Below are positions 36,565 through 45,489 of a DNA stretch of 64,000 nt, piece by piece. How positions within the stretch are numbered: the stretch's first letter is position 1; each line of letters opens with the position of its first letter. The position numbers were made by a program, and so were the translations under genes. Origin of the DNA: Nitrospiraceae bacterium (GTDB taxonomy: Bacteria; Nitrospirota; Thermodesulfovibrionia; Thermodesulfovibrionales; Dissulfurispiraceae); NCBI GenBank assembly GCA_012517735.1, contig JAAYUK010000063.1, forward strand, positions 2,671-66,670, given 5' to 3'. The notes under the pieces were generated by a model that saw only the letters and a list, made by a program, of their open reading frames with translations, searched no databases and had not been told where the DNA came from.

Positions 36565-37473
36565 ATGGTTACCAATAAGCGAATAGGTGTTCTGGCCGGG
36601 GGGACTTCGGCGGAGCGCGAGATTTCGCTCCGGAGCGGGCGGGCGGTGCACAAGGCCCTCACCGACCGCGGATATGACGCCGTTTTTATTGATCAGGATC
36701 ATCGGGTTGCATCGGTCCTTGCCGAGCAGGGAGTTGAAGTCGTCTTCATTGCATTGCATGGCGGTCACGGCGAAAATGGGGCTCTGCAGGGGCTTCTCGA
36801 AGTCCTCGGTCTCCCGTATACCGGGTCCGGCGTTCTGGCGTCCTCGCTTGCGATGGACAAGGAAATGTCGAAGCTGGTCTTCCGTGAACACGGGCTGGCC
36901 ATTGCGCCGTATCGCATTTTCAGCAGGGACGAGCGATCATCCCTTTCCGTTCCGTTCGCGTACCCATGGGTGGTCAAGCCGATCTCTGAGGGATCGAGCA
37001 TCGGGGTCACCATCGTCAAAGCCGCAGACCGGCTTGGGGCTGCACTCGATGAGGCATTCCGTTTTGGCGACAGGATCATTGTCGAGCAATACATCTCCGG
37101 CCGGGAAATCCAGATCGGTGTTCTCGGAGACCGGGCGCTCGGTGGTGTCGAGGTGCGTCCGAAAGCCGAATTTTACAGTTATGATGCAAAATACACGGCT
37201 GGAATGACCGAATATATCCTGCCGCCCGAAGTGGAGCCTGATGCCTATACCGCGTTGCAGGTTGCAGGTGTGCGCGCTCATCAAGCGCTTGGATGCGCCG
37301 GAGCTTCCCGGGTGGACTTCATCCTGGCTGCCGACGGCACCCCTTACATTCTTGAAGTGAACACAGTGCCGGGGTTGACCGAGACGAGCCTTTTGCCGAA
37401 GATTGCAGCGCTTGCCGGACTTTCGTTCGCGGATCTTGTTGAGGAGATGCTGAAGCATGCGCTCGAAAACTGA
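36565..37473 (+). CDS. ddl: D-alanine--D-alanine ligase
   Basis: ..GGTSAEREISL.SG..ALHG..GE.G..QG.LE..PYTGSG..S...MDK..P.VVKP...GSS.G....E.Y..G.E...........RVDF......LE.NT.PG.T..S. Confidence 0.94.
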   Translation: MVTNKRIGVLAGGTSAEREISLRSGRAVHKALTDRGYDAVFIDQDHRVASVLAEQGVEVVFIALHGGHGENGALQGLLEVLGLPYTGSGVLASSLAMDKEMSKLVFREHGLAIAPYRIFSRDERSSLSVPFAYPWVVKPISEGSSIGVTIVKAADRLGAALDEAFRFGDRIIVEQYISGREIQIGVLGDRALGGVEVRPKAEFYSYDAKYTAGMTEYILPPEVEPDAYTALQVAGVRAHQALGCAGASRVDFILAADGTPYILEVNTVPGLTETSLLPKIAALAGLSFADLVEEMLKHALEN

Positions 37474-38227
37474 AAGCCCCGCAATGCCGCTGAGAACACA
37501 GCGGACGATCGAGGCGGCAAAGGCCCGCAAACATCTTTGGTTTGTCGTTGCATTGTTCGTTCTCTGCGCAGTCTCGTTTGCCGGGGCCTTTTACGGTGCG
37601 AAAAAGCTGGTGGTTGTTTCCGAGCTGAAGTTTTCCGGCATGCAGCACCTCAAGCAGAGCGACTTGCAAAAGCTTATCCGTCTGCGTACCGGTGATGAGT
37701 TGTTTGGGGTCCCGAGCAGTGAAATCAGGACGCGCCTGATGAAGTCGCCATGGGTGAAGGATGCGGTGATCCGCAAGGAGCTGACCGGGCGGGTTCTCAT
37801 CTCGGTTGTTGAAGCGGTTCCCCGGGCGATCCTCCAGACCGGAGACCGTTTCACGCTCATTGACCGGGACGGTGTGCTGCTTGAGGAAGTGCCCGGATCC
37901 CAGGAGAAACTGCTTCCGGTTATCCGGGGGATCGATCCCTCCCAGATGCGGGACGCCTATCGGGAGGCGCTTGCCTTTGTTGAGGTGATTCATGCAAAGC
38001 GGGGCGGTTCCGCTGCCGGCAATCTGGTCATTTCCGGGTCCCGGCCGGAGGAGCTGACCCTTACGGTCGATCAGATTTCGGTGCGCATCGGTGCTGGCGA
38101 TTTTGAGCGGAAACTGGCTGACCTCCAGTTCGTCAAGGAAGAGATTGCGAAAAGGAATATCCGGGTTGAGTATATCGACCTTCGCTTTGCGAACCGTATT
38201 GTCGTGAAGCCGGTCGATCAGCAGTAA
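37457..38227 (+). CDS. ftsQ: Cell division protein FtsQ
   Basis: N-terminal TM, POTRA-like (..VSELKFSGMQHL..) and FtsQ-type C-terminal domain. Conserved position. Confidence 0.85.
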   Translation: MRSKTESPAMPLRTQRTIEAAKARKHLWFVVALFVLCAVSFAGAFYGAKKLVVVSELKFSGMQHLKQSDLQKLIRLRTGDELFGVPSSEIRTRLMKSPWVKDAVIRKELTGRVLISVVEAVPRAILQTGDRFTLIDRDGVLLEEVPGSQEKLLPVIRGIDPSQMRDAYREALAFVEVIHAKRGGSAAGNLVISGSRPEELTLTVDQISVRIGAGDFERKLADLQFVKEEIAKRNIRVEYIDLRFANRIVVKPVDQQ

Positions 38228-38246
38228 CGGAAGAAACGGGAAACGC

Positions 38247-39557
38247 ATGCGAAGAAAAGACAGCAGCACGAACCTGATTGGCCTGGATGTCGGAACCACC
38301 AAAATCTGCGTGGTGACCGCCGAACGGGGCGATAACGGTCTTGCGATAACATCGGCACGCTCATTCCCTTCCACCGGTCTTCGCAAGGGCGTGGTTGTCG
38401 ACGCGGACGCTGCAGCGGAATCGATCCGGCGGGCGGTATTTGAAACCATCCAGGCGAAGGATCGGAGCCTTTCGGTCTGTGTCGGCATTGCGGGCAGTCA
38501 TGTCAAAGCGATCAGCAGTGAGGGAGCGGTTACCGTCACGGGGAAAAAAGTGTCGTCGCAGGATGTGGAAATGGCGATCGATGCAGCGAGCGCGGCATAT
38601 GTTCCGCTCGATCGCGAGATCCTTCACGTCCTTCCGACCGATTTTGTTCTGGACGGTCAGGGCGGCATCAAGGATCCCGTCGGACTCTCCGGTCGCAGAC
38701 TCGAAGTGAAGGTGACCATGGTGACCGGTGCCATCGCTGCGGTGCAGAGCCTGATGCGGGCATGCGAGCATGCGGGGGTTTCGGTCTCCGACATCATTCT
38801 GCAGCCGATCGCGTCAGCTGAAGCGACGGTGAGTCCGCGCGAACGTGAGCGGGGTGTTGCGCTGATCGATATCGGCGGCGGTACGACCGATATTGCGGTC
38901 TATCAGAATGGGTGGCTCGTCCGCACCGCCGTGCTCGGCATCGGGGGCAACCACTTTACGAACGATCTTGCCATCGGTCTTGAAGTTTCGTTCCCCGAGG
39001 CGGAGCGGATCAAAAAGCTGTTCGGATCGGTTCAGCGGGATGAGCGCCAGGAGCGGCGGCCGATCAAGGTCGCGCTTGCAAACGGGCATGTGAAGACGAT
39101 TTCGGCCAGCGACATTACGAATATTATCGAGCCGCGCGCCGAGGAGATTATCGAGTTGATCAGGAAGGAACTGGATGAGGCATCCCGGCAGGGAGCGTCG
39201 CTCTCGCGCATTGTGCTGACGGGAGGATCATCGCTGCTGACCGGTCTTGAGCAGTTTGCCGGACTGCGGCTTGCACTGCCGGTTCGTATCGGTTACCCTG
39301 AGGTTGCTGCAGAAAGTGCCGACGCGGCAAGCCGCGGATCCGGGAGGAGAAAAACGGTGCCGTCGCCGATTGAATTCAGTAACCCCATGTATGCCACCGG
39401 TATCGGTCTGGTGATGTATTCTGCCGAGATGGATCGTGCTTCGGGAGCTCTGCAGGACTCGCCGCAGCTCTTCCACAGGTTGGTGGAGACCATGACCGGG
39501 TGGTTCCAGAATTTTTCGAAATCACTAGGAAAAAGCAGGAGGAAAAAAGATGTTTGA
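38247..39557 (+). CDS. ftsA: Cell division protein FtsA
   Basis: ..GLDVGTTKICVV..actin-like ATPase..ALIDIGGGTTDIAV..LTGGSSLL.. with a C-terminal amphipathic tail. Confidence 0.94.
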   Translation: MRRKDSSTNLIGLDVGTTKICVVTAERGDNGLAITSARSFPSTGLRKGVVVDADAAAESIRRAVFETIQAKDRSLSVCVGIAGSHVKAISSEGAVTVTGKKVSSQDVEMAIDAASAAYVPLDREILHVLPTDFVLDGQGGIKDPVGLSGRRLEVKVTMVTGAIAAVQSLMRACEHAGVSVSDIILQPIASAEATVSPRERERGVALIDIGGGTTDIAVYQNGWLVRTAVLGIGGNHFTNDLAIGLEVSFPEAERIKKLFGSVQRDERQERRPIKVALANGHVKTISASDITNIIEPRAEEIIELIRKELDEASRQGASLSRIVLTGGSSLLTGLEQFAGLRLALPVRIGYPEVAAESADAASRGSGRRKTVPSPIEFSNPMYATGIGLVMYSAEMDRASGALQDSPQLFHRLVETMTGWFQNFSKSLGKSRRKKDV

Positions 39558-41064
39558 ATTGCAGGAAATCGAAAGGCCGATCGCGAAACTGAAGGTGATC
39601 GGAGTCGGCGGCGGTGGCGGCAATGCAATCAACAGCATGATTGCCTCAAACATCTTTGGTGTTGAGTTTGTTGCGGTCAATACCGACAAGCAGCACCTTG
39701 AAGTGTCGCTTGCGCCGATCAAGGTGCAGATTGGCGGCGGTGTCACGCGGGGGCTTGGAGCCGGAGCTGACCCTGATCTCGGACGGCAGGCGGCGCTGGA
39801 AGACCGCGATGCGCTCATCGCCAGCGTTGAGGGTGCTGACATGGTCTTCATCACTGCAGGGATGGGCGGCGGCACCGGCACCGGTGCATCGCCCATCGTT
39901 GCCAGCATTGCCAGGGAACTGGGCATCATCACGGTCGGTGTGGTGACCCGCCCGTTTTTTTATGAGGGCAAAAAACGGGCAATGCGCGCCGATGAGGGCG
40001 TGCGGGAACTGAGGCAGCATGTTGATACGCTCATCGTCATCCCGAACGATCGCATCCTGTCGGTTGCGGGAAAAGGTGCGCCGCTCCTGAAATCGTTTGC
40101 GATTGCGAACGATGTGCTTCGTCAGGCGATACAGGGCATTTCCGATCTGATTCTCGTGCCGGGCCTCATCAATCTCGATTTTGCCGATGTCAAGGCGGTC
40201 ATGCAGAACGGTGGACGGGCGGTTATCGGCATGGGAACCGGTTCCGGAGAAGGTGGCGCCTTTGAGGCCGCGAAGAAGGCAATATCCAATCAGTTGCTCG
40301 AAGAATCATCGATTGAGGGCGCGCGCGGCATTCTCATCAACATAACCGGCGGCGTCAATTTGCCGCTCGATGCAGTGCAGGAAGCAGCGTCGCTCATTCA
40401 CGATTCGTCGGCCGACGATGCCAATATCATTCTTGGTGCCGTCATCAATCCTGACATGGAAGACGACGTGCGTGTGACGGTGATCGCCACCGGATTTGAC
40501 GAGCGGGTCGAAAAGGCGGTACTGCCGAATATCAAGTCGTGGACGCCGACCAAGGAGCCGGTGAACCTGCGCCATACAGAACGTATTCTTGCGAAGTCCA
40601 TTCCGGCTGCAGAGACGCCGGAACCTCAGCTGATGCCGTCGGTTCCTGCTTCTTCCGCTGCACCGGCTCTGCGAACTTCTCTTCCCCAGCCGGTATTCCA
40701 GACCCCGTCGGCTGACTCACCGGCAGAGCCGGCCGTTGCTTCCGCGCAGACCGTCCGGCAACCGGAACAGATACCCGCACCGCCGGTTGTGGAACAGCGC
40801 ATGCAGTCCTCTTCGACCCTGCCGGTGAAGCATTCGCTGTTTCCGGCTGAGGACGAACATGATATTCCTGCATTTGCGCGGCGGTCCCTGGTGCAGTCTC
40901 CATCAGAAGCCCCGGGGTTCCCGGCGCGGCAGCAGCCGCAGGGTGCACCTTCCCGCGAAGGGAACCCCCCTGTGCAGCAGGCACAGACGGGTCCGCTGAA
41001 GGATTCGATCTTTCCGACGGAAGATGAATATGATATTCCCGCTTTTTTGCGGAGGCGCGTGTAA
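39550..41064 (+). CDS. ftsZ: Cell division GTPase FtsZ (long linker, duplicated C-terminal peptide)
   Basis: GVGGGGGNA, ..GGGTGTGA (T7/tubulin signature), NTD, and a long P/Q/S-rich linker. Contains two DIPAF(A/L)RR motifs. Confidence 0.96.
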   Translation: MFELQEIERPIAKLKVIGVGGGGGNAINSMIASNIFGVEFVAVNTDKQHLEVSLAPIKVQIGGGVTRGLGAGADPDLGRQAALEDRDALIASVEGADMVFITAGMGGGTGTGASPIVASIARELGIITVGVVTRPFFYEGKKRAMRADEGVRELRQHVDTLIVIPNDRILSVAGKGAPLLKSFAIANDVLRQAIQGISDLILVPGLINLDFADVKAVMQNGGRAVIGMGTGSGEGGAFEAAKKAISNQLLEESSIEGARGILINITGGVNLPLDAVQEAASLIHDSSADDANIILGAVINPDMEDDVRVTVIATGFDERVEKAVLPNIKSWTPTKEPVNLRHTERILAKSIPAAETPEPQLMPSVPASSAAPALRTSLPQPVFQTPSADSPAEPAVASAQTVRQPEQIPAPPVVEQRMQSSSTLPVKHSLFPAEDEHDIPAFARRSLVQSPSEAPGFPARQQPQGAPSREGNPPVQQAQTGPLKDSIFPTEDEYDIPAFLRRRV

Positions 41065-41098
41065 ACGGTTACGCATGCCGCCTGAGCGGTAACCTGTC

Positions 41099-42730
41099 AT
41101 GAATCGCCGGCTGATTGCGCACGCGGACCGGTTGCTTGCTGCCGAGCGGGGCATCATCCGCAAAACACCGGGTGGAAGAATCTCAGTCTGCCTGGTGTAT
41201 CCGAACCGGTATTCGGTCGGCATGGCAAGCCTGGGTTTTCAGGGCATATATGCACTGCTGAACAGCCGTGACGACGTAGTCTGCGAGCGGGCTTTTCTGC
41301 CCGATGAAAAACAGCTTGCCGAATATCGCCGGACACGCACACCGGTCTTTTCTCTTGAGTCGAAGCGGCCACTTGCCGGATTCGACATGGTTGCATTTTC
41401 ACTCTCTTTCGAGAATGACTATCCCAACCTCTTCCGTATTCTGGAGCTTTCGCGCATTCCGTTCTGGGCAGCAGAGCGCACGGCCCGTCATCCCTTGCTC
41501 ATGGCTGGCGGCGTCTGTGCAACGATCAATCCGGAGCCGTTTGCAGAGGTCTTCGATCTGGTCTTTGCAGGCGATGCCGAGACGTCACTGCCGGCTTTCA
41601 TCGACGCGTATGCTGGAACGCATCGATCATCGGTTGTCGCCGAAGCGGTCAAGATACCGGGAATCCATGCGCCGGGGTATGCACGGATAACGTACCATCC
41701 TGACGGAACCATTGCATCGCGTTCGGTGCAGGAAGGCACTCCTGATGGTGTTGTCCGCCAGCGCTGCGGGGATATCGGAACGTCCCCGGTTACGACCGCG
41801 ATTGTTTCCTCCGAAATTGAATTTGCCGATATGTATCTGGTCGAGGCTATGCGGGGCTGCCCGTGGAACTGCCGCTTCTGTATGGTGGGCAATGTGTACC
41901 GTCCGGTGCGCCCGAAGCCGCTGGATGCCGTCAGGGCCGAGATCGGGCGTGCCCGCGCATTAACCCAGCGCATCGGTCTCGTGGGCCCGTCGCTGACCGA
42001 CTACCGTCATATCGAGGACGTGCTTGCCCTGCCGGGGGTGATGTTCTCGCTTACCTCTCTGCGGGCAACCGAGCGGAGCGCCCGTCTGATAGACCTGTTG
42101 AAAGGTGCGAAGAGCGTATCCATTGCGCCTGAAGCCGGCACTGAACGGATGCGACGGGTGATCAACAAAAAGGTGACCGAACAGGATATCATCGAGACTG
42201 CGGCATTGCTGTTTCAGAACGGGATCGATCAGCTGCGGCTCTATTTCATGATCGGTCTGCCGGGAGAACGTGACGAGGATATTGCGGGTATCGTGCAGCT
42301 GATTGCCCGGATACGGGCGCTCTCTCCACGCGGGATGATAACTGCCGGAATCAGCACCTTTGTGCCGAAGCCGTTCACCCCGTTTCAGTGGGCGGCGATG
42401 GAGGAGCAGGGTTCTATCAGGGAGAAGCTGCGCCGCATCAAAAAAGATACCCGAAAGCTGCCGGGTGTCCGGATCATGCACGACGTGCTGAAACAGTCCT
42501 ATCTGCAGGGATTACTGTCGCGCGGCGATCGGCGGCTTGGCCAGCTTCTAGCCGAAATGGTCCTGAGTAATGATTACGCCTCGGCAGCCGAACGGACCGG
42601 GGTATCGATACCGTGGTATGTTCACCGGCAGCGCGGCCAACGGGAACTGTTGCCGTGGGACTTTATCGATGCCGGCGTTGCGAAGGAACATCTCTGGAAC
42701 GAATGGCAGGAGAGCCAGCGTCTTTTCTGA
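41099..42730 (+). CDS. Radical SAM protein (B12-binding-like N-terminus; resembles the TIGR03960-type uncharacterised family)
   Basis: ..VCLVYPNRYSVGMASLGFQGIY.. N-terminus and a CX3CX2C motif (CPWNCRFC). The family name is from memory only. Confidence 0.75.
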   Translation: MNRRLIAHADRLLAAERGIIRKTPGGRISVCLVYPNRYSVGMASLGFQGIYALLNSRDDVVCERAFLPDEKQLAEYRRTRTPVFSLESKRPLAGFDMVAFSLSFENDYPNLFRILELSRIPFWAAERTARHPLLMAGGVCATINPEPFAEVFDLVFAGDAETSLPAFIDAYAGTHRSSVVAEAVKIPGIHAPGYARITYHPDGTIASRSVQEGTPDGVVRQRCGDIGTSPVTTAIVSSEIEFADMYLVEAMRGCPWNCRFCMVGNVYRPVRPKPLDAVRAEIGRARALTQRIGLVGPSLTDYRHIEDVLALPGVMFSLTSLRATERSARLIDLLKGAKSVSIAPEAGTERMRRVINKKVTEQDIIETAALLFQNGIDQLRLYFMIGLPGERDEDIAGIVQLIARIRALSPRGMITAGISTFVPKPFTPFQWAAMEEQGSIREKLRRIKKDTRKLPGVRIMHDVLKQSYLQGLLSRGDRRLGQLLAEMVLSNDYASAAERTGVSIPWYVHRQRGQRELLPWDFIDAGVAKEHLWNEWQESQRLF

Positions 42731-42742
42731 GTCGAAAGACGT

Positions 42743-43348
42743 TCAGTAGTCAATGTCATCCTGGCGGAGCCAGCGGACGGCGAGGCGCCAGATTACCAGT
42801 GCAATCGTGATGATCAGCAGCAGGACGAGCAGGGCCGTCTGGGCCGACTCGATGTCGGTCTTGATCCGCTCAATCACATTGCCGCCCCAGTACCCCGCGC
42901 TCACCATGATCGCAATGGTAACGAGCGACGAGAGGGCATCCGCCACAACGAACTTCGGCCGGGGCATCTTCAGAATGCCTGCCACCAGAAATATCTGCGC
43001 TCTCAGGCCGACAAGATGACGACCCAGAAAGATCACGATGATCCCCCATTTTTCGAACAGCCGGGAAAGTTTCTTGATCCGGCGGGGCGAAATGATTCTG
43101 CGGAAACGCTTGTGTGCTACGACCATTCTGCCGTATTTTCTGCCGATATGGTACAGGAAAAAATCGGTACAGACCATGCCGAGCGACAGAATGAGTATGG
43201 CCGGAACCGGTTGCACCACGTTGTGAGCGATCATGAAGCCGCACAGAATCAGGATCGCATCTTCCGGAAACGGCATGCCGAGCGTGCCGAGCACGAGCAT
43301 GACAAAAAGCCCCAGATAGGGGAAGTTCTGAATGAATGAGGTATCCAT
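42743..43348 (-). CDS. DedA/VTT-domain membrane protein
   Basis: ..YLGLFVMLVLGTLGMPFPEDAILILCG..FFLYHIGRKYG..FLGRHLVGLRAQIFLVAG... Start is uncertain (ATG at 43348 preferred; ATG 43423 or TTG 43441 possible). Confidence 0.8.
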   Translation of the reverse strand: MDTSFIQNFPYLGLFVMLVLGTLGMPFPEDAILILCGFMIAHNVVQPVPAILILSLGMVCTDFFLYHIGRKYGRMVVAHKRFRRIISPRRIKKLSRLFEKWGIIVIFLGRHLVGLRAQIFLVAGILKMPRPKFVVADALSSLVTIAIMVSAGYWGGNVIERIKTDIESAQTALLVLLLIITIALVIWRLAVRWLRQDDIDY

Positions 43349-43457
43349 TGTTTGTGTGTTTTTCAGTGCACGATCAACGGGAAGAGGGAACAACATCGTG
43401 CTGGTGCCTCTAGTGTTGCCCATAGAGGCACCAAGAGTCAATCAGAGGGATGCAATT

Positions 43458-44123
43458 TCAGGCTGTCTTCTGATCCGGAAAGGAGAGCGCCCCTTTGGGA
43501 CAGGCTGCCACACAGGTTCCGCATTTGATGCAGTCATTGTCCTGAAGTGTTCCTGCGGCCTTGTCCTTATAGGGTGCGAGCTGCATCGGGCATGCCTTTG
43601 CACAGAGCGTGCAGTCGATGCAGGTGTCGGCGACCGCAAGCGGTTTTTTCCCGGATGATATCCAGTTTGCAATGGTTCCCATCGGACAGACATGGCACCA
43701 TGTGCGCGGATGGATCCCTATGCCGAGGACAATGCCGATCGATGTCGTCACCGTCAAAACAACAACGAATGCCTTGCCGATGCCGTCGATATCCGGCCAC
43801 GCATATGCTATTTGTATCCCCAGAACGGCAAAGAGCAGCAGGATCATGCCTATGCGGGTGCCGGTCGAACGGAACACTGCGGGAACAGCCCTTTTCCTGC
43901 TGATGCGGTCGAGAAACAGATCGTAGAAGCTGCCGCGCGGACAGAGCCAGTCGCACCACTGGCGGCCGCGGAATGCTGCGATCCCCAATGCGCCGACCAT
44001 GCAGCCCAGAAGCAGAAAGCCGAGTTTCGGCCAGAACCAGCCGCCGATGACGACCAGCGGCAGCCCGTACCAGGTATATGATTGAAGACGCCTTCTGTGT
44101 TTTCTGAATTCCTTGAGATTCAT
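43458..44123 (-). CDS. Membrane-bound 4Fe-4S polyferredoxin (NapH/MauN-like)
   Basis: TM helices with CxxxCP motifs (WCDWLCPRG, WCHVCPMG). C-terminal 2x[4Fe-4S] (CIDCTLCAKACP..CIKCGTCVAACP). Confidence 0.8.
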   Translation of the reverse strand: MNLKEFRKHRRRLQSYTWYGLPLVVIGGWFWPKLGFLLLGCMVGALGIAAFRGRQWCDWLCPRGSFYDLFLDRISRKRAVPAVFRSTGTRIGMILLLFAVLGIQIAYAWPDIDGIGKAFVVVLTVTTSIGIVLGIGIHPRTWCHVCPMGTIANWISSGKKPLAVADTCIDCTLCAKACPMQLAPYKDKAAGTLQDNDCIKCGTCVAACPKGALSFPDQKTA

Positions 44124-44536
44124 TTCCTTCCTGCTTTCTTCTGTCGCATATATGACAGATAGGTTTCCATATCACATTTGCCCGTTTTTTTCTGGAATTC
44201 GGTGCAGTCCCTGAGCGATCGCAGATCTTCCTTTGCCTGTGCGCTTGCAGACAGTTCACTTCTCAGCACATCCATCAGCGTCTGCTGCGGAAGCGGCAGG
44301 TTTTTTTTGAGAGAATAAAAGATCATCTTCCCTTCGCGCCTGTCATCAAGGTAACCGCCTTTCATCAGAAGGGAGAGGTTCCTTGATACCAGCGGCTGAG
44401 ACATGCCCAATACTCCCATGATCTGGCAAACGCAAAGTTCTTTGCGGTCCAGCAGCAAAAGTATGCGTATGCGTGATGCATCCGCCAGAAGCTTGAAGTG
44501 ATCAATCGCCGTTCTCATAAACATATTTAAATCCAT
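44120..44536 (-). CDS. ArsR/SmtB family metalloregulator (CVC motif) with Cys-containing C-terminal extension
   Basis: ..LLADASRIRILLLLDRKELCVCQIMGVLGMSQPLVSRNLSLL... ATGA overlap with the polyferredoxin gene. Confidence 0.85.
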   Translation of the reverse strand: MDLNMFMRTAIDHFKLLADASRIRILLLLDRKELCVCQIMGVLGMSQPLVSRNLSLLMKGGYLDDRREGKMIFYSLKKNLPLPQQTLMDVLRSELSASAQAKEDLRSLRDCTEFQKKTGKCDMETYLSYMRQKKAGRK

Positions 44537-44608
44537 TTATATGAAAAAAGTCAACCGTTATCTCTCGCCTCCCGGTGGTACAATAGAAAAAAAATGGAGG
44601 GAGGTCCC

Positions 44609-45424
44609 ATGCTTCGTTGCTTTTTGGCAGTGATGGTGTCGTTTGCTATTCTTTTGGTCGCTCCGGATTCTTCCCGGGAGAGTCATGCCATAGGATTCAT
44701 CAAATCCGTAACTCCCCTGAACATTTCTCCGAAGGGTCCGGGCGTTCCCCCTGGAGCGGGTACGCCGTCTGGGATCGATTCGCTGACTCCCCTGTTGACC
44801 TGGAGCGGCTCCGATTATTTCACCCAGAAAAGGGACTCCTGCGTGTTTGCGTTCTACCGCGTGATCGTCCGCGATGACCAGGGTCGCGCCGTGATTGACG
44901 AAGTGGTCGATACCGATGCGACATCGTACAAGGTCCCGCCCGGCATCCTTCAGTACGGACGTATCTACAGCTGGAGTTTCGAGCTGGTTACTGCCAGTCT
45001 TGGACTGAACCAGCAGACAAAACAGATCGAAAAAAATGAATATAGACGGAAAGGGTCTCCGGAATCACTCTTTTTCAAAACACCTTCCGATCCGCGTCAG
45101 GCCGGGCAACCTGCCGCACAGCGGCTCTCTGCGCAACTGGTTTCGTCGAGCGTTGTGGTGAATCCGCAGCAGGCCCTGCTGAAGCCGGCAGAGAAGGTTC
45201 TGCTCAGAATAGCAGGCGGGAATCCGCCTTATCTTATTGAAAACGGGGTTGCCGGACTGGGTGTCAAAAAAATTTCGGATACGGAGTTCGAGCTGACCAT
45301 GCCAACCGGCAGAAAAACGCATGTTCTTGCCACACAGGTGCAGGGTTCGATGAAAGACATCAAGAAGATTGTGATCATGGATTCGCGAAGGCAGCAGTTT
45401 GTTTTTTATTACGGAGCTGAGTAG
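44609..45424 (+). CDS. Secreted hypothetical protein with FN3-like module
   Basis: Signal peptide MLRCFLAVMVSFAILLVAP and GGAGGGAGG RBS. ..PLLTWSGSD..YRVIVRDDQG..TSYKVPPGILQYGRIYSWSFE resembles FN3. No family was recognised. Confidence 0.55.
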   Translation: MLRCFLAVMVSFAILLVAPDSSRESHAIGFIKSVTPLNISPKGPGVPPGAGTPSGIDSLTPLLTWSGSDYFTQKRDSCVFAFYRVIVRDDQGRAVIDEVVDTDATSYKVPPGILQYGRIYSWSFELVTASLGLNQQTKQIEKNEYRRKGSPESLFFKTPSDPRQAGQPAAQRLSAQLVSSSVVVNPQQALLKPAEKVLLRIAGGNPPYLIENGVAGLGVKKISDTEFELTMPTGRKTHVLATQVQGSMKDIKKIVIMDSRRQQFVFYYGAE

Positions 45425-45427
45425 GGG

Positions 45428-45469
45428 TTGATCATTTCGGGATGCGTTCATTATAATGTGCATATGCAC
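45428..45469 (+). promoter_or_regulatory. Sigma70 promoter plus 12-bp palindromic operator for the NifX-like/DUF134/YedE operon
   Basis: TTGATC (45428-33), 18-nt spacer, TATAAT (45452-57), immediately followed by the perfect palindrome GTGCATATGCAC (45458-69). Confidence 0.7.
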
Positions 45470-45489
45470 AAAATGAGCGGAGGTTTTTC

